The notes below the pieces were generated by a model. It made no database searches and was not told where the DNA came from. It saw only the letters and a list, made by a program, of their open reading frames with translations. From Sphyrna mokarran (taxonomy: Eukaryota), in contig JAGIQG010000004.1 of assembly GCA_024679065.1 (NCBI GenBank), forward strand, positions 73,222,001-73,286,000: a stretch of DNA of 64,000 bases. Reading direction: 5' to 3'. Every line of letters starts with the position of its first letter. Within the stretch, counting starts at the first letter, position 1. The translations under genes were made by a program, and so were the position numbers. Of this stretch, positions 50,675-63,790 are shown in pieces.

Positions 50675-50692
50675 AATTGTCCTCTGCTATTA
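50675..50692 (-). promoter_or_regulatory. Primer-binding-site relic, tRNA-iMet type
   Basis: TAATAGCAGAGGACAATT vs TGGTAGCAGAGGATGGTT, immediately inside the 5' LTR. Confidence 0.7.
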
Positions 50693-50999
50693 TATTCTAT
50701 TCCATAAAATCACTTGGAAAGAATAGAACTGGGCCCAATTTACACATTGCAAGCATGCTTTTCGTAACCCCAACAACCACAGGTCAAGTTTATGCCTATT
50801 TATAAAAAGTCAAGTGTATTTCCAATTAATGCCTATCATTGCATATAAGTAAACACAATTACTATACAATTAATTGTTCACTCACAGTGTTGAGAAATCC
50901 CAGTACACTGTTCCATACCCCAAATCCTCAGCTTCTCAGCTCACTCAAGAGGAAATCAACAGACACAAGACAACACAGTGAGTCTTGTGTGGAGAGTTT

Positions 51000-52530
51000 C
51001 ATCTTTTTAGGCCTGGATTGGGTGCAACCTGGTAGTGATTAGACCAGTGGAGGGAGAACAAGCAACATCATGCATGTGCCTTCCCAGAACAACATAAGGA
51101 CTGGCAAATCACCCATAGCAGGTATCAATGGTGATGTTACAAGAACCTCCAAACATGATTTCATTGGTGGGGGTGACAATTATTCAAGAGAGGGGAGATG
51201 ACCTCGTATAACAGCAATTTGACACATGGTTGAGCATGATGGAAAGGTTTCAGGCTAAGGATTCTGCTCATATCATTGTTGAAAATGATCTGCAAGTGCA
51301 TGTGCACTCACACTGACCAAGGCTTATAGTAATTGTCTCCTGTTGTGTCCCATACAGATCCCATCACCACATGCCCACCCTCCAGTGCCAGAACATCCCT
51401 CAAGTATCAGGTGGAGGAAAAGTTTTCCAAGAAAGCAATCCCAAAGGACCTGGACACATCCATCAACACAGATACTAGTCCTCTGGAGGAAAATAATGCA
51501 TGTTTAGGATTGGTTGTTTGAGTTGATAGGCACAACACCCGAGTGCAGGAAAAGATGTCAGAGTCAGAGACAACTGCGGATATTCCCCCTTGAAGGATGG
51601 AGAGCAGTGATGAAGATGCTTGAATTGGTGCTGATGTAGGGTCTCAGGAGTTATCTTATGGGACACAGTACTTGGATCAACAGCAGCAGATCTGACAGTG
51701 CATCCAGAGGCAATGTGAGCTCATATTCTGAAAGTGGAAGAGTACATCATGGTGGTGAACGTGACTTTGTCTCCAGGGGCTTGACCACATGAGCTCCAAC
51801 CAAACAGAATAACCAATCTCAGAGAGACTTGGGGAGCATCACTTAAAATGCAAGAGCAGAATAGCTCTGTGCAAAGGGTTCAAGGTTCACAAAATAGTCT
51901 GGAATAGTCCATTCAGAGTGGACTATGAGTACTGTGGAATACATGAGAGCTATGCAACCACAACAGGATATTCTCACTGATAGCACAACGAAACCCCTCA
52001 ATGCCTTACAGACAGAATGAGCAGCCTGCCTCCACCTCCTCCAAAGCAACAGCGGGGGTAGAGATAAGCAAAAGATGCCACAGGGATTCTGTGGTGTAAC
52101 ACTTCACATTGTTTAGGAAACCTTTTTCACTGTCTGTAAATACATCATTTAAATTTGAAAATGGATGTGTCTTTATTGGTTTATATTTGCTTGCCACATA
52201 ACATAACCAGCTAAACATAAATGTACATGTTCTTACCAGCATCACTGAAGATGCAATGAGATGTCCATTTCTCTGTTATCTTAACAGTTGTTGGACAGTC
52301 AAGCATGTCCATCATAGTAGAGTCAGGTGCTTGCTAATACTTTTAGTGCTGATAGTAGTCAACCATGCGGTTCGTAACTGCTGTGTGCGCCTTTGCCCTC
52401 ACCAGCCATTCACACAGCTGCAAAATCTGGAAACCCTGAGAATGATGGTGGGAATTTCGGATCAGAATCCTCCACTTATTATTTGTATACCTCCTTAAAG
52501 TCTCCCCAACCCCATGAAAATCCAATCCTC
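51000..52530. mobile_element. Possible decayed Harbinger-type element
   Basis: Ends in a TIR-like gaaaatccaatcc (~52517-52529); GC-richer interior; no convincing protein motif. Confidence 0.25.
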
Positions 52531-52828
52531 TAAAACATTCCCACAATTAATGTTTCTTTCAGTGCTCTGTGCGAAAGCAGACAATGAGGAATAAGATGTG
52601 GGTTTGATTTGAACACGTTCCAAGATTCAAATGAACTTCTATTAACACCGTGATAAGTAATAAGTAATTAGCCAAGATTCACAAGAGCCACCTTCACAGC
52701 CAACAAATATGACTACAAAATGAAAACTTTAAACATCATCTCAGAACGTATAATGACATAGTTTATGTCTCATTTCTCCAAGTCAAGTGAAAAACATGGA
52801 TAGTGCTCATTCTCAAGATAAAGACATT

Positions 52829-52943
52829 GGGTAGAAATTCCCAGCCCCTCCATCCACTGCAAGGTTCTTTTGGCCTGCCAAGGCTAATGGACTTTTGGCT
52901 GGTTCGCCATAAACTGCCACATGGGGGCTAGAAAATCCTGCCC
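52829..52943. mobile_element. MITE (Harbinger-type)
   Basis: GGGTAGAAATTC...GAAAATCCTGCCC TIRs; ATT TSD on both sides. Confidence 0.75.
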
Positions 52944-55627
52944 ATTATGTAAATCAAGCTAACATCTTCAACTGTCACTATTTATTATTAGTTTCCTCCT
53001 TTGTAAGACAGGATATTACAGATCTCTTGCCTGCAGTTTTGACTATTCTATTCACATAGTTATGTGCATCAGAGTTTTGCATCATATCTGATCTACACTA
53101 GCTCCCGTGCAGCTTGGGAATAAAGCTGAATATTCTTCCTCCTGAATCACTGATGTCTGCAGCCATTAAACTGCTACCCATCTATCAGTAGCCCAAAACA
53201 GAAATTCTAATTTGATCCCAGCGAACTGTCATGAATTTTTAGTCAAGCCCAAAACTCAATCACAGAATTTTATACTGCTCAGGTGGATGTGCATCCCAAT
53301 GTCATGGTGCACTCACACAATATTTCAATCAGCAGGCACACATGAGAGTCAGAGCTGCACCCCAGTAATCAAGCAGACAACTTAGCCCATTAAGGGGCTA
53401 CCTGAACACAATTTTCCATGGCCCATCTGCTTTTACAGTTGGCAGGTGCGCTAATTGGCCAGCAGTTTTCAAGTTTTACATGCAACCTCAATCCATGGCA
53501 GGATGAAACGTCAGAGCAAAAAAAGATTTTAAAAGGTGTCTCGGGACAGAGTTTGTGTTTGAACGTGTTGCCTGGATACTCTTTGCATAGATTTTCCATT
53601 GCTATTTATTTGTTGCAGATGTACAGCTCCCTGAAACAAATCAGCAGTAGCCATCTCTTTGAGGGAGCACGTTGGAAGTACCAGCTCACACCCTCCCTTT
53701 TCTCTGTACCCACTCCATGCCCTCCCTCTCCAGCAGTGCAAAGTCTATCCCAGAAAGCACTTCACACTGGCTGCCAGTTAATTGGCCAGCCAGTGTGAAA
53801 TCACTTTTTGGGAGCAGTCTCAGTTAGAAGTATGCTTCACACTTGCTTCCAGGCCTACTGAGTGTACACATACCCAATGGATATAAAGTTGGGGCAATTG
53901 ATTGAATAATGCAGCAGCCCTTTGTCATTCAAAAGCATTGCATTTTCCCATTTGGACCTACTTATCACACAGTGTTCCAAGAGTCCCTTCATCTCCACAA
54001 AATATTCATGACCATCTTTCATCTGGAGATAACAGCTTTAGTGAAGTAGCATCTATGGAAACATGGAATTGTAGATTTGAGCATAACCCATGCCCTTTAG
54101 AGCTTTTCTACCCTGCCCCAAAAACCTTCCGTATACATTCACCCTCCTGCACACCATGCTAATCTGCACCAATGCCCTGAGGGACACCCAGGAACATAGC
54201 CCACTCTCTTTATTAAATGGGAGGGGTAATGAGGTAAAGAGTCAGATCCTAAATGCTACCACCTGTGACAAAATGGACAAAGGTCAATGCAACAATACAA
54301 GTTCCATGAATGTCACCCTCCTAATGTCTGCTGGAGAAGTTAGGCCTGGAATGGCACCCTCTTCCATACACAACCATGTCCTTATATCCAGCCATTCTGC
54401 AGTGAAGAGACCACTAGAGATTGAATGGTTTCACGGTCTTAGCCTGCCCAACTTAGACCTTGTTGGACATACTCCTAGAGAAGGATCATTCATTATCAAT
54501 TGAAGGAACATGTACTTCTCCCTTTGAGAAAATATACAGCCTTCTTCAAAAGGAACACGCAGAGACTTTCCCTAATCAATGTAGGCACCTGTTGAACAAT
54601 TGGTAATTTTCAGATGCTGAATTTGCTGCGCCTTTTGTTTTTTTTTAACTGGATATCCAAGTTTTAGAATAATGCACTCAAAAGAATACAATCATAAATC
54701 TTTCATTATTAACCAAAAGACAACATTCTCAGTAGGTTTCAGTACCAAAAAAATAATCATTCTAACATTTTATATAATCATGATGTCAAATAAAAATATA
54801 AAGTTTTAACCCAAAAAATCTATCATCCAACCACACAGCCCAAGAAAATTCAGACCGTAGAAAACTGCACACAGTTGGTGCAGCATTCTAATTTCCAACT
54901 TTGATCAACGTCATGTGATAAGTGATCGCAGTCTTGGGAACATACATGCCTAAGGAGTGAACAAGGGTACTACCCACTCAATAAAAAACTGTCGTATGCA
55001 AATGAAACAATGCTTTTATGGTTAAAAAAAATTCAATAAAAAAAAAAGATTAAATAAGAGAACCGTCATCTTTAATTCACTGCTGGTTCTTGTTGCTTTC
55101 CCCTCACACTCGATGATAAGCTCCCTACTTCAGCAAAGTCAAATGATTAATTTTATAAATACATGGAAATGGTATTTTCAATGAGCAAATTATCTGTCCT
55201 ACAATTCAAATGCTTAAATTCAGTTAAACACAGCAAGTTAGAAAAGACTACAGATGAATGTATAAACTAGGTGAAACCAACCTGAGAGCTCATTTTAACA
55301 CCCCGCAACCAAACACAAAATGAAGCAACTGAGTCACAAAACAGACGTCACTCCACCAACATCCCCACCAGCCAACTGACACCCTGATATCCCACTCTGT
55401 CCACCAGACGATTGCTGTCCAAGGGGCATGATTGCATCTGGGACTCAATAATGATATTCAAATCAGCCCCATTCCCTTCCTCAGAAAGGTGTGAAGTTGA
55501 TCATGCAAGCTTCACAGTACCAGTTATATCGTAAGAGGCTAGAAACCAGACATGAAGCCTGTTTTCCACCTTTCCCTTACCAGCTGTTACTGACCAACCA
55601 ACAGGACAAGCCGGTAAGATCACCCCC

Positions 55628-55998
55628 ATAGAGTTTCACAGAACAAAAAGAGACCTTTTGGTGCATCATGTTTACCATCAAGCACCATTTCTAATTCCAC
55701 TTTCCAGCACTTTGTCTGTGGCCATGTATGTTACAGCATTTCAAGTATTCATCCAAATGCTGCTTAAATGTTGTAGGGTTTGTGCCTCTACCAACCTTTC
55801 AGGCAATAAGTCCCAGATTCCCATCAACCTCTGGATGAAAAAGTTTCTCCTCAAATCCCCTCTAAAATTCTTTCTTAAATCTGGTTATTGACCCATCTAT
55901 TAAGGGGTAAGGTTCCTTGCTGTCTATCCTGTCAATGTCCCCCATAACTTTGTATACCTCTATCATGTTCCCTCTTAGCCTTCTCTGCTCTTAGGGAA
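55628..55998 (-). mobile_element. CR1/HER1 3' end
   Basis: Antisense LRRNFFIQRLMGIWDLLPE; catagagtttcacag tail. Confidence 0.8.
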
Positions 55999-56004
55999 AA
56001 CAAA

Positions 56005-56980
56005 CAGTAGGCATAAACAGGACATTTTCAAGTTGGCAGTTTATCTAATGTGGTGCTACAAGGGTCAGTGTTAGGACCATGGCTATTTATGATCTATGTT
56101 AATGATTTAGTCAGAGACAAAGAATAATGTGTCTAGGTTTGTTGATGAGGTGTGAAAGCAAGATGTAAGGAGGACACAAAGAGGCTGCCAAGGGATATGG
56201 AAAGACTAAGAGGACAATAAGGTGGCAGATGGAACTTATTGCAACATTAACATATTGTAAAGTAACAGATGTGAGGAAGACTATTCACTTCGGTCATAAG
56301 AAAAGTACAGTATTTTTTTAAACAGTGTGAAACTTTTAAATTTTCATGTTCAGAAAGGCTTAGTTGTATCATGCAAGGAAAATCAAAAACAGCATGCAGC
56401 TACAGCAAACAATTAGCGAAGTAAATAAACGTTGGCCTTTATTGGAATGGGTTTGGAGTACAAGAATAAGGAATTTTTGCTACCACTGTAGAGTGCTTTG
56501 ATGAATCTGTACTGCCTAGGTATGAAAGGTAGGCCTGCATTGAAGACAGTGCAGTAACGATTCACTGGACTTTTAACTGGAATGAGAGAGTTAGCCTGCA
56601 AAGAGGGGCCGAGTAAATTGGGCTCATATTCACTGGCATCTAGAAGAATGAAATACTATCTTATTGAAACATAGATGGTTCAAGAGAGGTTTGACAGAGT
56701 TTCCTAGCTGGAGAATATTATGCAATGAGGAGACACAGTCTCAAGCTAAGGGTTGATCATCATGGACAAATTTCTCTACTCAAAAAGGGTTGTCAATTCT
56801 CCACTGCTGAATCTATTTAAGGGCTGAGGTAGAAAAATTCCTAGTCTCTCAGAATCAAAGACTATGGAGAAATAGGTAAAAAAGTGGAGTTAAGACTGAA
56901 GATCAGCCACAATGATATTGAATGGTGGCATGGGTTTGAAGAGCCTTATCGTCTACTCCTGTTTCTATTCTCCACATTTT
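56005..56980 (+). mobile_element. CR1 RT fragment and tail
   Basis: VLQGSVLGPWLFMIYVNDL..SRFVD..WQME; tail cagccacaatgatattgaatggtgg. Confidence 0.85.
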
Positions 56981-57299
56981 CTGCACCTTGAACATGGAAC
57001 ACTCTGGAGATGAGTTCATATATCGTAGATGTCTGTGTATAAGTCAAGCTTCGAAGCTTCAAACCATTCCTCCAAAAAATTGGGTCATCTCACATCCTAT
57101 GTATTAAAGTGAACCGGGGTCACAATTTTCAAACGTCATCAGCATCCAACTCAAAGTGTGCGCATTTTTTTACACTTCAACACATCTTCACCATACAGCC
57201 CTGATCTCCTGTTTGATTTCTTGTGGCAGTTATGAAGATTATTGTTGTTTATCTTCCTGCACCTGGTGGTGCACAGACAAACTTTCACCTGTTCCCATA

Positions 57300-57490
57300 G
57301 CAGTTTTCTTCTGGAATAGATCACGAGCCTCCCAGTCTGACCGTCTGCCATTGCTGTGTTAGAAGGCTTTTGCAGGTTGATACTCAATTGTTATGAATGC
57401 ACCTTCCTTGGCCATCATGTACTGGGGTGCAACTCCAGCCCGCAGCTTCTGGCTCACAGTCAGGACAGTACCTGCTGCTTCACAAGATCA
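57300..57490 (-). mobile_element. Old tRNA-derived SINE head (family of 455)
   Basis: Minus: gagccagaagctgcgggctggagt..gatggccaaggaaggtgcattcataac. Confidence 0.45.
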
Positions 57491-60362
57491 CTACCCAATT
57501 ACATCAGTAATTAAAACATGCCCTTGTAGGGTGAAAAATTGAGGCTAACTGTGAATCATGATTAGAATGTCATGGCTGAAAAGGAGGAGGGTAGACTTGT
57601 ATGCTGATTATATGTAAAATATATGAATTTTGGAGTGCGAAAAATGGGTTGTTTTGATTTACAGAAGGGACTATTTTAATTTGTAATGGGGCACCTCTGA
57701 GATTCCTATGATTGTTTACATCGCTGAATGCAACTTCCTGTTCCCAGGAAGGATGCACGTAGCTTCTTCTAGCTTTACAAGTCTGCCATAACCATGAAAA
57801 AATGCTGGGAGTTAGCTCAGGAATGCTGTCTCTTGGCATCAGAAAATGGTTGTCTTGACCAACCGGAGAAAATAAAAAGTTATTTTTTCATTTGCTCTGA
57901 GCAACAGCAATGCTAAAACATGCCTGACATTCTCTTCCTGCTTTCTCCCTTCTCCCTGTGCTAAATATTACCACTGTCAGCAGAATAAGTAACACAGCAC
58001 ACTTTTGAAATCTCATTCAAAAATTCCTCCACAATTTGACACACAATTCTTGATAAGTATATCCTATTCATTGCCTGTTCTGGTGGGCACTGAACTTCAG
58101 CAAAAGCATCCACTTACTTCCAATGAAACTATTCTTTCTGGTTTTGAATATTTGAATCTCTTTCACTAGATTCTGTTGCACAGAGGACAAACCAAGTGTT
58201 ATAGGAGCTCGCAATGAGCTCAAGGCTTCAGGACAAGTGTGACTGTGGCACACTGAGTTGTGCAGATTGCCACAGATAACACCATGCCTTGACAGAGCTC
58301 ATTAGCCTACTGTAAAGTAATAGGGTTACTCGAGGTCAACTGAAATGTTTTGAAAAATTTTCCTCATACCTACTTTGAGCAAAAAAACACAATTGGTCAG
58401 TGGACCAAAATCCAGCTTAATTAGTCGAACAAGTGTGTTCCATATTGCCTGACATTTGATAAAGATTCAGCTGGTTGCATGTCTACCAGTTGGCTCAATA
58501 CAGCTTCCATATTTTTCAATTCAGCCTATTTATTGTGGTATTCTCTTAATTACATTAATTACATGGAACAGAAATGCAGCAGAGAGTGTTTATTTGAAAC
58601 TGGAATTGAGACAAATTGTTAGAAAAGTGACACGTGGTATTCCTATACCAGAATGTCGAACACCGTTACCGGATGCTAAGCAAAGCAGGGATGTGTGCTC
58701 ATCCTTTCCATTAATAAATCTATTTAATCAGAAGCACTTCTATGCACAGAATATCAACATCATAACCAGTACACACTCAAAGGCTTTGCCTCAAGGAGAA
58801 CCCTAACATTTATGTAGATCATAATGTAAAATAAAACAAGAGGCGTGATAGCTCTACTTGTTACATCGGCTTGCTGTTGCCCAGCAGATCAAGGGAAGAA
58901 TTAGCAGAGAACACATCAGAGAAGTGGCACCTAGGAAGTTGGAAAAACAAGTTCTGCTACAGTTTGAAGCCAGCTTACCCAAGAACCCTCTTCATTTAAT
59001 TCTTGCTGTACAGGTGATGCATGACTGTTTCTGATGTTCCGGAGACCCCTTACCTTTGTCACTAAATGCTAACATCCCATTTTTTAATAATTTCAAGTTC
59101 AGGAGAAAATTAAATTGAGGGTATGCAGTTGAACTGAAAGAATCACCTGACCTTACAACTGCAGATCCTAGCTCGGCCCTGGCACATTTCAGAGGGTGGA
59201 CAACAGGAGTCTCCAGGGCAACACCTCTCTGAAAAGCTAAAAACAATGATGAATCTTAAGTGGTCCAGTTTGTACTGAAAGATCCCCATCTGACCAAAAA
59301 TCAAGGCCAACAGTTTGCTCTGAGAACCCTTGTTGAAGCATTTCTCTTACGAAGCTTGCTACTTGTGCTTAGCTTTCAAATCAAGTCAAGAGCAGTTAGT
59401 GGAACAAATGCCCATGTCCTTACACTCTACACAACAAATGTCAGACCACTGGTTCAACAGTTAAGAAATCTTCAGGTTCCAACAGCATTCAGTTATCTTT
59501 GTCTATGCTTCGTCTCACAGCCTCCTTACACACATTCTTAACCAGAGTTCAAAAGCAAATGTTCCCATCGAGGAATTTCATATCCACCACTGTCTACAGG
59601 TTCAGGGGAATCTGGGGAGGAGTGGAAATACCTTCCAGCTAAAGTTTTTTATTTGCAGAAAATTTAAGATGTTTGAATTTGTAGAAATGCATTCACCTTA
59701 CTTTAAAAAGCTGGATCATGTTGCCTCTCAAATTAAAAAGATAAATTCATATACGAATTAAGTGCCCAATATTTTGCTAACGATTCCTTCAATGTAACAG
59801 TCAATGAATGCAGATTGAGAATTTATGATTTATGTTGCCTCATTCAGAGGTGTTTCACATTAGAATTGTGGACATAATCAGATCGATATATGCACTTAGC
59901 AACTGGACTTTGGATTTAGTGTTGTTTCACTCTGGGCTGACAGTGCACACTGATTGGAGTCACTTTAGAATGGTCCCTGCCATTCTTGAGACTTTCTCCC
60001 AACTCCCCTACCCGACTTCACTGCTCCTTTTCCCAGCCCTCGCCGCTCCTCTCCCCAACTCTCACCTTTTCCCTTTCCAACCCACAACCCTCGCCATCCC
60101 CAACCTGACTCTCATGGCCAACTTCCCAATCCTCCTTCCCCAATCTTCCTGCTCACCACTTCCCTGACCGATTCCAATCATTCGGATTATCCTGCCTGAA
60201 TTTCCTTGTCACTGGCACCTTCTTGATCCCTGGTTCACAGCAAAGATTCAAGGGAGGAAGTGGCGACCAAAAGACTCAAACAAGAACGTGGTGAGCAGCA
60301 GGGATTGCAGGGAAGCAGTGACTGGGAGAGTGAGGTAGGGGAGCAATGAACAGGAAGGCCGT

Positions 60363-61177
60363 ATGAACAAAGGAATTAAGAGCAGGAATTAAGGGCCACT
60401 CACCCCTTCGAGTTTCTTTTACCAATCAATAAGATCGTGCGGATCTGACTGTAACCTCAACCTCACAATCCTGCCAACCCCCAATAACTTTTCACCTCTT
60501 GTTAATCAAGGATTCATTTGGCTCTGCCTTAAAAATATTCAAAGATTCTGCTTCCACTGCCTTTTAAGAAGAGAGTTCGAGAGACTCAATCCCCAGAGAA
60601 AGAATTTCTCCTCATCTATTTTAAATGAATAACCTCTTATTTTTAAACAGTGAGCCCCTTGTTCTAGATTCTTCAATAAGGGAAAACATCCTCTCTACAT
60701 CCATCGTATCAATATCCCTCAGGATCTTCAAAGTTTTGATCAAGTCCTCTCTTATTCTTCTAAACTTCAAGGATACAAATCTCCTAAGACAATCCACCCA
60801 TTCTAAATATTAGTCTACTCTGAACTTCTCTGAACTGCTTCTAATGCATTTACATCCTTCCTAAAGTACAACAACCAATACTGCACACAATACTCCAGAT
60901 GTGATCTCACCAAAGCTCTGTTCAACTGAAACATAACCTCCCTACTTTTGTAAACAATTGTAATCAGGATAAACTATAATATTCTATTAGCTTTCCTAAT
61001 TATTTGCTGTACTTATATACTAGCCTTTTGCGATTCATGAACTAGGACACCAAGGACCTAACAAGTACCAGAGCTCTGCAGCTCAGAGTTCTGTAATCAC
61101 TCACTATTTAAATCAGAAGCTTCTTTTTTATTCTTCTTGCCAAAATGGACAATTTCTTATTTGCCCTCATTATACTC
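60363..61177 (-). mobile_element. CR1 3' fragment
   Basis: Antisense HLEYCVQYW; tail aggaattaagagcaggaattaagggccactcacccc. Confidence 0.85.
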
Positions 61178-61235
61178 TGGTGAATGGGAGGCTCAGGGGA
61201 AGGGATTGAGTAGGAAAGTCAGGGAGGGAAGCAGC

Positions 61236-61253
61236 GAGAGAGAGAGAGAGAGA
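61236..61253. repeat. (GA)n microsatellite
   Basis: gagagagagagagagaga. Confidence 0.8.
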
Positions 61254-62879
61254 ATGGACTAGAAGGAGAAGGTTGGTTTGTGGAACAGGCAATGAGCGGC
61301 TGATAAGTCAGTAGATTTAGTATACAGTAATTTTTTTATTGTCTCTATTTTAAAAGATGTTTCATTTACTAATACAGGGATTTAGCTGTATTTCAATTTG
61401 CAGGATAGAATGTTTTAATGCTTTTTTATGATGATGAAGCTCCTATAAAACCCAACAACAGGATTTTCATTGCTTTTAGTGGGAAAATGTGATTCGCTTG
61501 AAGTTGTTTCACTTAAAACTGCAATTTTCAGGAATGGCTTGCCATAATAAGGATAGTCAGTTCCTAACATAGCAAAGTCAATCTTATTACAAATGCCAAT
61601 TTACATGCAAAACCTGTTCTGCATTTTGGATAAATCAATCCATCATGCTATAATGTAAGAAAAATAAATAATGTAACTACAATGTCTGCAAAGTACATTT
61701 GAAATATTGATAGTCGCCTAACCAAAGGAACTCAGTTATATTTATCAACAAGACACACAACAGAAAATAACACAGTTTACTATGTTATTACTGTAAACTA
61801 TGTTAACAATAATTAATGTTTACCTTTACAAAAGCCTCACTGACCTCTTAGAAAATTATTTTTTTTCAGCCTAGATTCACTTGTTAAGAAGTTCAGACCA
61901 ATTACCAATAAGACTGAGGTATTTCAGATACGGGCTAGGTACATTACAACAAGGGTAAAAAGGACCAAAGCCAAGACTCTTTTGATGATGAAGGAAGTAC
62001 AGAATACGATGAAACAAAAAAAAAGAGGTAATTCAGCTGAATTCTTCAAGTGAGAATGAGACCAAATACATTGGACTGAGACAGGAAGTTTTGAGGAAAA
62101 TATGACTGCTGGAGACTAAGAAAATAGAATGATAGGTAACATAAAAAGAAACTTAAAAATCAGCCACCAACATTTAACTCGCAGATGATTACTGGGACCG
62201 TTGCAGTTGACTTCCCTGTTGTCACCTCTCTGGGGCCATAGAGTGTCAGCTGCAGGGAAGCCACCTCCATGAAATGAAGGGCTGCTCCAACACCAGCAAA
62301 ATCCTAGCATCCTCATCTATTGACCTTAACTGGAGCTCTTAATACACAAATTAGCTGCCCACTTCTATGAAACATGAAACTATGCCCATAGTGGAATAGT
62401 GACAGGGAGTCAACCCAGTCACAGCTTCCTTCTACTGAACCACTTCCCGCTATTTAACCATATGCCCATCTCTATCTTATCAGCTGACAGCCAGTAAAAT
62501 TCTGCCCTAAGTAGGCACAAACTCAAAAGTGATTTTAAACATAATTGTTATTGTCTGGTCTAATGAGCGAATTTACAGACAGGTTCTTATTAGGTTGTAG
62601 TTTCAATGGACATGGAATAATGGCAGGCACATTGAAGTATGTGAAAATCAACTATGATCTAACTGAATGGCAGTACATGCCCAAGGGAGCCACATTATCA
62701 TGAACTACTGTCATCCTGAGCTTGTATTTCTGAACAAAAGATATTTTTCATGAAATGGAAATGGAATTTTAAAATATATGTAATTAAAACCATCTGTAAA
62801 GTAAAAGTTTGTTTGAATTTACAGAAAATAAAGATTACATTTTTTTTAAATGGAACGTGTATATTAGGACAGAATCATA

Positions 62880-63006
62880 TGCCGGAATTTTACCACCTCG
62901 CCCGGCCAAGGCTTGTAAAATCTCACCGAGGCCAATGAATAATTCCATTTTGCGAGCTTCGCCCATCCCAATTCCAGCCATAGAGTTTTACTTTAAAATT
63001 CTGGCA
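62880..63006. mobile_element. MITE (Harbinger-type) inserted in a CR1 tail
   Basis: TGCCGGAATTTTA / TAAAATTCTGGCA TIRs (12/13); splits agaatcata|gagtttt; TSD not clean. Confidence 0.7.
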
Positions 63007-63330
63007 CAGAGTTTTATAGCACTTGGTCCATAGCTTTGTGTGTCATAGCATTTGAAATGCTCATCAAAATGCTTCTTAAATGTTGTGAGGGCTCCCATCA
63101 CAATCATCTTTCAGGCAGTAAGTCCCAAATTCCCTCTGGATGAAAGTTTTTCCTCAAATCCTCTCTAAACTTCCTGATTCCTCCCTTTAATTTATGCTCC
63201 CTGGTTATTAGGTTTCTTCCTATCACCACTACCGATATCCCTCAAAATGTTGTACACCTTGATGAGGCTCCCCCCTCAGCTTCTCTGCTTTCAGGGGGAA
63301 AAAAGCCTATCTAGCCTTTCTTTGCAGCTG
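63007..63330 (-). mobile_element. CR1/HER1 3' fragment
   Basis: Collinear with 55700-55995. Confidence 0.75.
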
Positions 63331-63790
63331 ACAAATTAGATCCTGGTGTCAAAAAACATTAATTCTTGTCCAGTGAAACAGGTTCTGGTATAGATACTGG
63401 GTGGTCCAATGCATTAGCACTTATTCAATAATGTTTGTCTTTTGCCTCTGGGGCCTGTTCAAACGCTATACGGGAATGAGGTTAAAAGCTTCACTTCAAT
63501 AATAATGGACAAATCTAGGAATCAGACAATCTTAGATGAGTTCCCCATGAATCAAATATTTTCTGAAGGATATCAAGGACAAAAGCCAATTTCTCTGCCA
63601 AGCCCCAAGACGAAGGAAAGGAAGAATCAAATTTATATCTGGACATTCAGCTGTAACTGCATATTAAGGTTATGAGGACAAAATATTATGATTCAACTCC
63701 ACACACGAAATTTAAGTGAAGCAAAGTAGAAAGTATTGATTTCTTCTTCAAGTGGTTGCAAATTTAAGAACCACAGTATTCCAACACCAA

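Larger units (their letters stand above)
46182..50838 (-). mobile_element. Ty1/copia (GalEa-like) LTR retrotransposon relic with both LTRs
   Basis: LTRs ~50693-50838 and ~46182-46363 align; PBS relic; gag DYP*MFLESEPCEQ*QNEVDVWT; integrase CGNVNVMIMNTVAESRFTNNLCQRNLAVIKEMLPKILADQP..HAKNLLQILGGYNP..HLNALHA; then RT RELDSWKE..VDSP..VEIKTMFLLG; integrase precedes RT. Confidence 0.88.

Noticed and set aside
55628-56980. Single LINE with a twin-priming inversion
   Set aside because: Each half has its own, different 3' tail, so these are two independent insertions
61870-61918. 49-bp plus-strand micro-exon
   Set aside because: Weak donor (GTATTT), unrecognised peptide, no partner exons
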